DNA of 59,522 nt from an uncultured virus (IMG/VR IMGVR_UViG_3300020048_000045) (IMGVR_UViG_3300020048_000045), one strand, 5' to 3'; shown: positions 10,581-17,753, counted from the first letter of the stretch. Translations and numbers: made by a program. Notes: a model not told the origin generated them from the sequence alone.

Positions 10581-10961
10581 TTAAATCAGTTTAAGTGATT
10601 CTTCAATAGCTTTGTTTAAAGTTTCATAATAAGTCCATTTGAACTTTACTCCTCCTACTAAATCTTTAACAGATTTATAATGAGTAGTACTTATAAGAGC
10701 AAACATCCATCCATACCCAAATTGATTTAATGAAATATGAATATGAATATTGTGCTTTTCTCTGAACCAATCTACCACTTGTTGATAGAGAGGAGCTAAA
10801 CAATCACTGCTATTAGAATGAATGAATTTATATGTTTCAGGAACACTAGGATTACTCCACAAGCATCCTGCTATATATTTCTTAAAACATTCATCCTCAA
10901 ATCCTTTCTCCTTAAGCTTTAATGCAAGCTCATAGGGAACAAAATTGTCTTCGATTTTCAT
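10581..10961 (-). CDS. Hypothetical phage protein
   Basis: FVPYELALKLKEKGF...APLYQQVVDWFREKHNIHI, a pattern recalled from Bacteroidota phage proteins. Confidence 0.7.
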   Translation of the reverse strand: MKIEDNFVPYELALKLKEKGFEDECFKKYIAGCLWSNPSVPETYKFIHSNSSDCLAPLYQQVVDWFREKHNIHIHISLNQFGYGWMFALISTTHYKSVKDLVGGVKFKWTYYETLNKAIEESLKLI

Positions 10962-10963
10962 AA

Positions 10964-11419
10964 TTATCCATTTTTTATTTCATTTTCCCAGTTAAAGAAT
11001 TTATCAACATCCTTGTCTTTTTTCAAATGTAATTGCTTTGTGTATTTACATTTAGGATAGTTTTCACATCCCAGGAAGAAAGTCTTTGTCATCGAATTCA
11101 ATCTACGTTGCAAGAACCCATCACAATGACCACATTTACCATACTGTTCATGTTCAATTTTAGCTCTTTCACGCTGTCTGTCTCTCTTCTTTTCGCCTTT
11201 AGAGCGAAAATCTGTCTTACCTTCCTGAAGCTGATGATCATATCCTTCAGCTATCATTTTCAAGCAGGCCCTGCATGTCACATCTCCTAAGAGAATAGCT
11301 TCATGTCTATGAGAATGCCTACAATTAGCACCTGGAATGTGATAGATTGGTGTGTATCCCCTATATGGACGAGATGCTTTTACATCTTGCCAATATTCAG
11401 CAGTATCTGTTAAACTCAT
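10964..11419 (-). CDS. Protein with topoisomerase-type C4 zinc ribbon
   Basis: CGHCDG...FFLGCENYPKCKY motif. Confidence 0.65.
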   Translation of the reverse strand: MSLTDTAEYWQDVKASRPYRGYTPIYHIPGANCRHSHRHEAILLGDVTCRACLKMIAEGYDHQLQEGKTDFRSKGEKKRDRQRERAKIEHEQYGKCGHCDGFLQRRLNSMTKTFFLGCENYPKCKYTKQLHLKKDKDVDKFFNWENEIKNG

Positions 11420-11549
11420 GATTTCTTCTCCTTATCAATTAGTTGTCTTACAGCTTGTCTTTCTCCCTTCCAGAAGAACCTTTTTCCCCATTTTCTGAGA
11501 TGCCTTGCATACTCCATGGAGACAGTTAGCATTCCTTTCTTCTTTGTGC

Positions 11550-11753
11550 TCATAACTTCTCTGTTTGGCTTGTTTTTACTTCCTGATTTGGCTTCTTTTT
11601 ATTAGCCTCAAACCACTCAATTTCATACTTTAAAGTGCCATCAGTACAAATATGAAATCTATGTAATAGTTCTTTCACTTCTTCCTCTGTATACATGGTC
11701 TTTCTAAGGGCATTTTGCCCATCTTCCCATCCTCTGTCGTATGCTCCAAACAT
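11550..11753 (-). CDS. Hypothetical protein
   Basis: ORF packing; MYTEEEV motif. Confidence 0.5.
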   Translation of the reverse strand: MFGAYDRGWEDGQNALRKTMYTEEEVKELLHRFHICTDGTLKYEIEWFEANKKKPNQEVKTSQTEKL

Positions 11754-11755
11754 GG

Positions 11756-12067
11756 TTATTTCTTTTTACATTGTTCAAGAAACTTAGTTAAATCAAGCAG
11801 AGCATTGCTATAGCCAATCTGCCTCTCAGTGACCCGTGAATGAACAAGATCTGGTTGTGAGTCTGCTATCCATTTCTCCAGGTCTGTATACATTCCTTGT
11901 TTGTGGAATGCTTCAGCTTCAGGAGACATAGCCCCCACTTTAAAAGTGTCATACACTTTAATTGCAGTAGAATTAAAATAAGCTTCTTCTTCTAAATCAG
12001 CATGCTCTTTAATATGTGCATGTTTCAGGGCTGCTGTTTCTATTTTCTTTTTAAGAATGTCTTCCAT
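11756..12067 (-). CDS. Hypothetical protein
   Basis: ORF packing. Confidence 0.55.
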   Translation of the reverse strand: MEDILKKKIETAALKHAHIKEHADLEEEAYFNSTAIKVYDTFKVGAMSPEAEAFHKQGMYTDLEKWIADSQPDLVHSRVTERQIGYSNALLDLTKFLEQCKKK

Positions 12068-12075
12068 AGGATCAC

Positions 12076-12115
12076 AAATAAAAAGGTCTTGCCCTCAATC
12101 AAGAAGACAAGACCT
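12076..12115 (-). terminator. Rho-independent terminator
   Basis: AGGTCTTGTC...GGCAAGACCT hairpin then TTTTATTT. Confidence 0.75.
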
Positions 12116-12215
12116 ATGTTTAACAAATTAGTGCCATTTCTATCTAGTTTTCACCAAATATACCCACTTTTCACGACAAATCTGTCATATCGTTGTAAAA
12201 TTACACGAATCTGGG

Positions 12216-12422
12216 TTATTTTTTCTTGATGGCATACCTCATAGAATCACGCATGGCCTGCATTGAACATCTGTAAGCAGCAACGGTAGCACGAACTGTG
12301 ACAATGTCAGCACTTTTGTCAAAAGACTCTGAACATGCTTTGCCAATTTCATAACAGCTGTCCTCAATGTTCTTCAATTTGTCTACTCTACTCAGTTTAA
12401 CGGTTTCCTTACTTGCTTTCAT
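12216..12422 (-). CDS. Hypothetical protein
   Basis: ORF directly downstream of 12434..13177. Confidence 0.55.
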   Translation of the reverse strand: MKASKETVKLSRVDKLKNIEDSCYEIGKACSESFDKSADIVTVRATVAAYRCSMQAMRDSMRYAIKKK

Positions 12423-12433
12423 CTTGCTTGAAA

Positions 12434-13177
12434 TTAAAGTTGATTTATTAATTGTTTAATTGCTTCCAGGTGATTTAAAATCTCTTGCTTCTTTGTAGCA
12501 ATATTCTTCAGATCGTTGAGCAGTGTTTCTATTGCTCCTACAGGAGAGGAAACAGTTGCAGGAACAGCTGTTGCTGCTCTACGTTTCTCCCAACTTTTCT
12601 TCATTTTTTCACTGTGCAGCTTTGTCTTCAATTCTGCTTCAGTCAGTCCTGCAACACTTTCTGCAGCCAGTGTTGCAATAGACTGATCTGTAAGCTTCTC
12701 AGCTTTTCTCTTTCTCCACATCTCTTTCATCGAGTTGCTCATTTTTGCTTTTGTTAATTCGGGTGTGTTTGTTTTCATAACTTCTTCTTGTTTTGATTGA
12801 TTATTAATTACTTGTTTTAACTTTCTTACTGCTTTTATATTCTCTCTGTATCTCTCAATTTGCTCTTGTGTGATTTGAGACCTATCTATCTTTTCTCCTG
12901 TACTATTATAAATTGTAAGATAGATAGATTGTCTAATGTAATTGTCTGTTAGATTGTCACGTTCTTTTTGTCTTGCTCTGTTCAATGCTAATCTTCCTAC
13001 TGGAGTGTTTCGATATTTCAACATGTTTTTATTGTGCCTGTCTCTGTTATTAATTACCCACTCCCTTGCGATCCTATTGCTACAAGTCTTACATACAAAA
13101 TCTCCTGTCTTTCTTTTATACCACACATGATCTTTGCATTTCTTGCACTCTTTCTCTGGAATAGTTAACGCTGTCAT
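12434..13177 (-). CDS. Zn-finger protein with NUMOD3-like basic repeats
   Basis: CKKC...CKTC; TKAKMSNSMKEMWRKRK and HSEKMKKSWEKRR repeats. Confidence 0.55.
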   Translation of the reverse strand: MTALTIPEKECKKCKDHVWYKRKTGDFVCKTCSNRIAREWVINNRDRHNKNMLKYRNTPVGRLALNRARQKERDNLTDNYIRQSIYLTIYNSTGEKIDRSQITQEQIERYRENIKAVRKLKQVINNQSKQEEVMKTNTPELTKAKMSNSMKEMWRKRKAEKLTDQSIATLAAESVAGLTEAELKTKLHSEKMKKSWEKRRAATAVPATVSSPVGAIETLLNDLKNIATKKQEILNHLEAIKQLINQL

Positions 13178-13180
13178 AAT

Positions 13181-13609
13181 CTAAAACGCTCTTATTATTA
13201 CTTTTCCTTCATGTAGTATTGGATTTATTGCTTCATAATTCTCATCTAATTCATCTACCTCTATTTCTATAAATCCATCGTGTTCCTGGAAGATCTTGTT
13301 AATGTCTTTGAGCTCTATGTCCCTGTATTCATCAACATTATCTCCTTCATCGAACCAAGCAATCTGCTCGTGTCTTGCAAGCACCCAGCCATCATTAGGA
13401 TCAATGACCATAAGATGTACTGGATATCCATATTTATCAAAGACATCATCAATCTTGTTAAATCCTGCTTGACTAAAGCTTTTTTTAACTTGCCATAATT
13501 CAATCCTTGCCTTATCTGTACCTGGATTTAACGTATTCATAAACATCATTCCAGGCTCAATTGTCTCAGGTATGTAGTTTGACACTACTAGTTCTCCTAA
13601 ATAGTACAT
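13181..13609 (-). CDS. Hypothetical protein
   Basis: 142-aa ORF on the coding strand. Confidence 0.65.
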   Translation of the reverse strand: MYYLGELVVSNYIPETIEPGMMFMNTLNPGTDKARIELWQVKKSFSQAGFNKIDDVFDKYGYPVHLMVIDPNDGWVLARHEQIAWFDEGDNVDEYRDIELKDINKIFQEHDGFIEIEVDELDENYEAINPILHEGKVIIRAF

Positions 13610-13654
13610 ATCTTCATAGTTTTTGCATTATTTTTATAGCTGTGATAATAGAGC

Positions 13655-13689
13655 AAAAAAGAGGGGCCCCAAAACTGGTAGCCCCTCTC
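13655..13689 (-). terminator. Rho-independent terminator
   Basis: AGAGGGGC...GCCCCTCT hairpin followed by TTTTTT. Confidence 0.8.
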
Positions 13690-13709
13690 AACCCAAACCC
13701 AAATCTAAC

Positions 13710-14009
13710 CTATAACTCTTCTAATACCTTCTCTAGTTTATCAACTACGTCCTCATAACATGCTTTGCAATCTCTTGCAAAATTTGTACATGCATCATGA
13801 TGTTTACATAGATGTGCAGGGCCTTTTTTATCATCAATATTCTTAATCTGTTCCCTGTATATCCCTATAATAGCTTCAATGAGCCTCTTTCTCTCCCTAA
13901 GGTATTTCTCCATAGAGGGAACAATAAGATCATTGATGTATCCCTCATCCAAAATGACTTCCTTAGGATGATCTTTCATAAGCTGATGTAGTGTTTGCCA
14001 TTCCATCAT
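13710..14009 (-). CDS. Hypothetical protein
   Basis: 99-aa ORF with C/H cluster. Confidence 0.55.
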   Translation of the reverse strand: MMEWQTLHQLMKDHPKEVILDEGYINDLIVPSMEKYLRERKRLIEAIIGIYREQIKNIDDKKGPAHLCKHHDACTNFARDCKACYEDVVDKLEKVLEEL

Positions 14010-14178
14010 GCGAAATATCTAATCCATGTAAGAATGAGATGAGCGATGTGATGTCCCAATGTCCCCATGATCAAACCAAGAAGACATGAGAGAAAAATCG
14101 TTTCATATACATTGTAATGCTTTTCTGAAAAATTGTGTTTATTCATGTTTTATGATTTAAAGATTATAAGGGAGGTTG

Positions 14179-14251
14179 AGCCAGTAGTAGGATTCGAACC
14201 CACGACATACTGAATACAAATCAGCCATTCTACCATCTGAATTATACTGGC
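14179..14251 (-). tRNA. tRNA-Thr(UGU)
   Basis: Cloverleaf: GCCAGTA/TACTGGC acceptor, anticodon arm GCTGA-TTTGTAT-TCAGT, GTGGG-TTCGAAT-CCTAC T-arm. Confidence 0.92.
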
Positions 14252-14255
14252 ATAG

Positions 14256-14328
14256 TAACGCTGGCACGATTCGAACATGCGACCCAGGCTTATGCGATGC
14301 CCGTACTCTACCACTGAGCTACAGCGTT
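14256..14328 (-). tRNA. tRNA-like RNA with 9-nt non-canonical anticodon loop
   Basis: AACGCTG/CAGCGTT-A acceptor, intact D and T arms, anticodon stem CGGGC/GCCTG enclosing ATCGCATAA. Confidence 0.75.
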
Positions 14329-14332
14329 GTGT

Positions 14333-14474
14333 AATCCCCTTTAACGCAGGGGATCAGTTTCGTGCTTACGCAGCCAGTCTAACTGGTTGTAAAGCAAGTG
14401 TTCTTGTTTTGCCTGTTATGGCTTGATGCTTCTCTTACTATCTGCTTCATCGCCTGTCAAAACCAGTCACCCCC
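14333..14474 (-). ncRNA. ssrA: tmRNA coding piece (5' tRNA-like half plus tag reading frame) of a permuted ssrA
   Basis: Starts GGGGGTGACTGGTTTTGACAGGCG; ATAACA then tag frame 14413-14366 = GKTRTLALQPVRLAA*; terminal hairpin GATCCCCT/AGGGGATT. Confidence 0.9.
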
Positions 14475-14544
14475 TTATAAGGTTTAGGATACAGCAGTCA
14501 ATCTCATCTGTATCCTCTAACTTCAACAATTAATTGAACTGAAG

Positions 14545-14562
14545 TGGAGGTGAGGGGAGTCG
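14545..14562 (-). ncRNA. ssrA: tmRNA acceptor piece, exon 2 (3' T-arm and acceptor strand)
   Basis: CGACTCCCCTCACCTCCA; CACCTCC pairs with GGGGGTG giving G3-U70 and discriminator A. Confidence 0.9.
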
Positions 14563-14970
14563 CTATCCCTCTATTTGGAAGAATCTCATAACAAGAGTAT
14601 TTCTCTCTTGTTGTTCCTCATCTGTATACTTACCATTTCTTTTTGTCTTGGCTTGTATAAGATTGTAGGTTTCGATTCTGTGCTTCTTTTTAGGATGGAT
14701 GCTCATCAGCTTATTAGCAACTTTTAATCCACTTTGATAAGAATATTTAAGCTCAAAGGAGACTCCATGATGTTCTTTAAGTTTATCCTTTTTAGAGATA
14801 AAACCTTTAACACCTATGTCAATAAGAATAAACTTCTGGATTTCTTCAAGTATTGTCCTCTCATTGTTATGAAAACTTACCTGAATAGTCTTGTTCTTAC
14901 CCTTATTGTTACTAATTGCTGTGACACTTCCATCTGCGTCAAAGAAACCTGTGATATAATCCCAATTCAT
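14563..14970 (-). CDS. Single-motif LAGLIDADG homing endonuclease (135 aa)
   Basis: MNWDYITGFFDADGSV; located after P7/P9 inside the intron. Confidence 0.88.
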   Translation of the reverse strand: MNWDYITGFFDADGSVTAISNNKGKNKTIQVSFHNNERTILEEIQKFILIDIGVKGFISKKDKLKEHHGVSFELKYSYQSGLKVANKLMSIHPKKKHRIETYNLIQAKTKRNGKYTDEEQQERNTLVMRFFQIEG

Positions 14971-14987
14971 AGCTTTACAGTTTATTG

Positions 14988-15019
14988 TAAAGATAGGGGA
15001 AATATACATCACCTCCAAA
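14988..15019 (-). promoter_or_regulatory. Bacteroidota-type promoter inside the intron, upstream of the endonuclease
   Basis: TTTG-N20-TATCTTTA, 17 nt upstream of the ATG at 14970. Confidence 0.65.
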
Positions 15020-15228
15020 TATATTCTACAATTTCTTGTAGGATTGGACTATATCATCACCTGTTCTAGGTGTTGGATGCTGTAGGCTCACCGTAGTGTC
15101 CTTAGTCTCTGAACCTTCCTTGATCTTCCCCAAGGCTTGGCTGCTGATTACCTTATCTTCCCAGACTTAGGGTTCCAGCAATTCATCCAATTTTTAATTA
15201 TACATCCCTGTATAATGGGTCCAACTCG

Positions 15229-15262
15229 AACCCCTGTCCAAACGACTGCCTATAATCGTCAA
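15229..15262 (-). ncRNA. ssrA: tmRNA acceptor piece, exon 1 (5' end approximate)
   Basis: GTCGTTTGGACAGGGGTT; GTCGTTTG pairs with CAGGCGAT of the coding piece (helix 2). Confidence 0.85.
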
Positions 15263-15272
15263 CAAAACATCG

Positions 15273-15351
15273 TAACGCTAAATGGATTCGAACCACTGAC
15301 CCAGGCTAATGTTTGGCTGTGCCTGTACTCTACCAACTGAGTTATAGCGTT
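15273..15351 (-). tRNA. tRNA-like RNA with 14-nt non-canonical anticodon loop
   Basis: AACGCTA/TAGCGTT-A acceptor, D arm, CAGGC/GCCTG stem enclosing ACAGCCAAACATTA, AGTGG-TTCGAAT-CCATT T-arm. Confidence 0.75.
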
Positions 15352-15359
15352 ATATACCC

Positions 15360-15822
15360 TCCTCTCAAGCTATAATAAATAGCGGTGTCAGATTTGGGTT
15401 ATCTCTGTCTGTTCCAGAGTGTCAAAGAATAACAAATAATCAAATGATTAGCACCCTCTTGTCTTACTACACCAGCCCTTTATCAAAAAGGTTGAGGTTC
15501 TTATGTTAACTCTGGTTCATAATATCTGTTATAATAAGAGTAGGGTCACGATGATTTAGGTTGGCTCACCTTAAGGGTTAGTACTCTCATATCATCTTGC
15601 TTGAGACTCATTCGTGTTGTGATGTTTGTGGTCAGGGCTGTGTACGTTAGCCTCAAAGACACTTCTTAACACCTTCTAATCATGCACCCTTTCTCAAGGA
15701 GCAACACGTTACGACTTTCATCGTACATCTTTATGCGAATTGAAGGGAAGTTGTTGCCAACTGCATGCATTTCTGCATCTGCCACGACTTATTCACATCA
15801 GGGTCACTGTTTAGCCTGTTTA
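15360..15822 (-). ncRNA. Candidate large structured ncRNA (unassigned)
   Basis: No ORF of 60 aa or more; four GNRA-capped hairpins on the minus strand and further stems. Confidence 0.6.
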
Positions 15823-15828
15823 ATTTAA

Positions 15829-16010
15829 AAACTACCTGTCCACTTACTAAGTGTGGAATATATGGAATAGGAAATACCCACTGCTCCTATTTTCAAGAGT
15901 CATCCGACTCTTAGGTCTATCAATATCTTATCGCAAACAAACATCCTTCTTAGCAAGGATTATCGAACGCTTAAAGCAGATTCAACTGTTTGCATTTCAG
16001 CAGGCAGTTT
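15829..16010 (-). ncRNA. Candidate ~180-nt multi-stem ncRNA (unassigned)
   Basis: Closing helix AAACTGCCTG/CAGGTAGTTT enclosing at least four hairpins. Confidence 0.55.
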
Positions 16011-16014
16011 AAAA

Positions 16015-16290
16015 TTATTTCTTCAATGTTGCATTCAGACTGTCTAACATTTGAATAGCTTGTGGATAGGTTGTGTATCTATCCAATACAATACTTTCAT
16101 CTGCTTGCCAGTCTATATCAACAACAATTTTAGGAGATGCTCCATTATTGTTACACGTTGAATTAAGATAATAGCCTCTTACTTTATGATCAGCTGTAAA
16201 AGCTCTTATAATAACAGCAAATATAACAATACAGGCTAATGTTATAAAAAATGTAATAACATTGCCCCAAAAGTCTTCATCAAATTTCAT
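16015..16290 (-). CDS. Hypothetical membrane-anchored protein
   Basis: N-terminal hydrophobic helix. Confidence 0.6.
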   Translation of the reverse strand: MKFDEDFWGNVITFFITLACIVIFAVIIRAFTADHKVRGYYLNSTCNNNGASPKIVVDIDWQADESIVLDRYTTYPQAIQMLDSLNATLKK

Positions 16291-16850
16291 TTCAGAGTGT
16301 ATTTAACACCACCAACAATGAGGTATTGAATGGTCCTTGGATCCACCTGACGAATCCTTGATGAAGGATCATTAGCAGGAAGCTCCATATCCACGAACTT
16401 TACACGTCCCAGGTCATCGAGCTCACCATAATGGCGACCTTTCATAACCCTTAACTCTCCAGGGATAACCTTAGTGATAGGATTTTCAATCAGATCGTTC
16501 AACAGTCTTTCAACTTGTGAAACCTTGGCATTGCTTATCTCAGCAATCTTTGCAGCTTTCTCAGCTTCATAAGCTTTCCTTGTCTTGGATGTGTCTTTCT
16601 TCATGAAAGCTACAGTCATAGCAATACGTGGGCTATTCAGGAACAGTTCTGCAAGCTCTGTCATGCTTTTCTTCTCTTCTGATTCAAAGACATCTGCACT
16701 TGCCAAGACTTGCTCAACATACTTCTCACCAATAGTGACATCTCTGCCTGCATCATCAGTGACAATAATCTTGCCAACCTGAATCTCTTTCACAACATAG
16801 AAAGAGGTTTCACTCAATACACTTCCTTTTTTCAATGAACTTGTTTTCAT
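16287..16850 (-). CDS. Hypothetical protein
   Basis: 187-aa ORF downstream of the vWA gene; RQVDPRTIQYLIVGGVKY. Confidence 0.7.
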   Translation of the reverse strand: MKTSSLKKGSVLSETSFYVVKEIQVGKIIVTDDAGRDVTIGEKYVEQVLASADVFESEEKKSMTELAELFLNSPRIAMTVAFMKKDTSKTRKAYEAEKAAKIAEISNAKVSQVERLLNDLIENPITKVIPGELRVMKGRHYGELDDLGRVKFVDMELPANDPSSRIRQVDPRTIQYLIVGGVKYTLK

Positions 16851-16868
16851 ACGTAATTGTTTGCTAAA

Positions 16869-17660
16869 TTATTCAATGTTTTTGTAAAATCCAACACTTA
16901 CATCATTTCCTGCTACAACATTGGCTGCATAAGCTGTCCTGGCTGATCGTGTCTTTGCAAGACCTTTCTCAAGACCCTGTGCAGTACCATCATAGACATG
17001 TGTGTTACTTATGTCAATCTTCACTTGCTGATTGACAAACTTTACATCCTGCTCAGTACCAATGAATGTGACAGTCCAGCCATGTTTGGCACGATCCTCA
17101 ATCATCTGGGAGATTTCAGTTGCTCTGTATTCCATGGAATCATTCTCTCCACCATCTGTGTAGATGTTCATCAATACCTTGTCTCCTTTACGGAAATAAG
17201 CTGAAAGCTTGCTGAATGTCTTACCAATGGCATCCCACAAAGCTGTGTAACCATCAACATTGATATTAATTTCACAAACTTTCTCAGGATCGTTCATAAC
17301 ATGAGGAAACTCAATCTTGTTATGACTGGAGAATGCACACAATGTATATGTGTACTTTACAGCTCCCTGTTTCAGATCTCTCAATGATGCATTAATACCA
17401 TTATTGGCAGCCTTAATCTTCCCACCTTGCATAGATCCACTCTTGTCAAGAATATCGACAATATGGATTACGGGGACAGAAGCTCCAGGCTTCTTTCCTA
17501 CTTTTACTTTCACCTTCACCTCAATCTTTGGAGCTTCATTGGTAGAAAGGAAGTGAATGTACGCTGCTGCACTGGGATAACCTTCCCTGTTTGCTTTCTT
17601 TTCTCTCGCTGCTTTGTTTAGCTTGATAAAACTTGTTAGTAATTCTGCTTTTGTTTTCAT
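16869..17660 (-). CDS. von Willebrand factor A domain protein
   Basis: MIDAS DKSGSM, GYTALWDAI, YTDGGEN. Confidence 0.88.
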   Translation of the reverse strand: MKTKAELLTSFIKLNKAAREKKANREGYPSAAAYIHFLSTNEAPKIEVKVKVKVGKKPGASVPVIHIVDILDKSGSMQGGKIKAANNGINASLRDLKQGAVKYTYTLCAFSSHNKIEFPHVMNDPEKVCEININVDGYTALWDAIGKTFSKLSAYFRKGDKVLMNIYTDGGENDSMEYRATEISQMIEDRAKHGWTVTFIGTEQDVKFVNQQVKIDISNTHVYDGTAQGLEKGLAKTRSARTAYAANVVAGNDVSVGFYKNIE

Positions 17661-17683
17661 TAATAACTATTTTGATTATGTAA

Positions 17684-17715
17684 TAAAGATACAAATAATT
17701 TATAACATAAACAAT
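17684..17715 (-). promoter_or_regulatory. Bacteroidota-type promoter for the vWA operon (may also drive the RNA island)
   Basis: ATTG-N20-TATCTTTA just after a terminator. Confidence 0.55.
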
Positions 17716-17716
17716 T

Positions 17717-17753
17717 AAAATAGCCCTCATTTTTTTAATTAGAGGGCTATTTT
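17717..17753. terminator. Bidirectional rho-independent terminator
   Basis: AAAATAGCCCTC...GAGGGCTATTTT inverted repeat. Confidence 0.8.

Larger units (their letters stand above)
14563..15228 (-). mobile_element. Group I intron (666 nt) in the tmRNA T-loop, carrying a homing endonuclease
   Basis: Core motifs AATTGCTGGAA, AATCAGCAGCCAAG, GGTTCAGAGACTA, GATATAGTCC; P1 with U-G at the 5' splice site; P10 GAGTTG/CGACTC; ends in G. Confidence 0.92.

Noticed and set aside
14256..14328. Calling this an ordinary tRNA-Cys(GCA) or tRNA-Met(CAT)
   Set aside because: 9-nt loop without U33, and acceptor/discriminator do not fit Cys (U73 expected); isotype cannot be assigned
14545..14562. tmRNA 3' fragment as a prophage attachment site
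   Set aside because: It is the second exon of a complete permuted gene; no integrase or host DNA in the window
14971..15018. N-terminal extension MEVMYISPIFTINCKA of the endonuclease
   Set aside because: TTG start overlaps the predicted promoter; ATG at 14970 directly precedes the LAGLIDADG helix
14256..17660. Ro60/Y-RNA system (tRNA-like RNAs plus vWA protein)
   Set aside because: The vWA protein lacks a TROVE domain and the RNAs lack a Ro-binding stem
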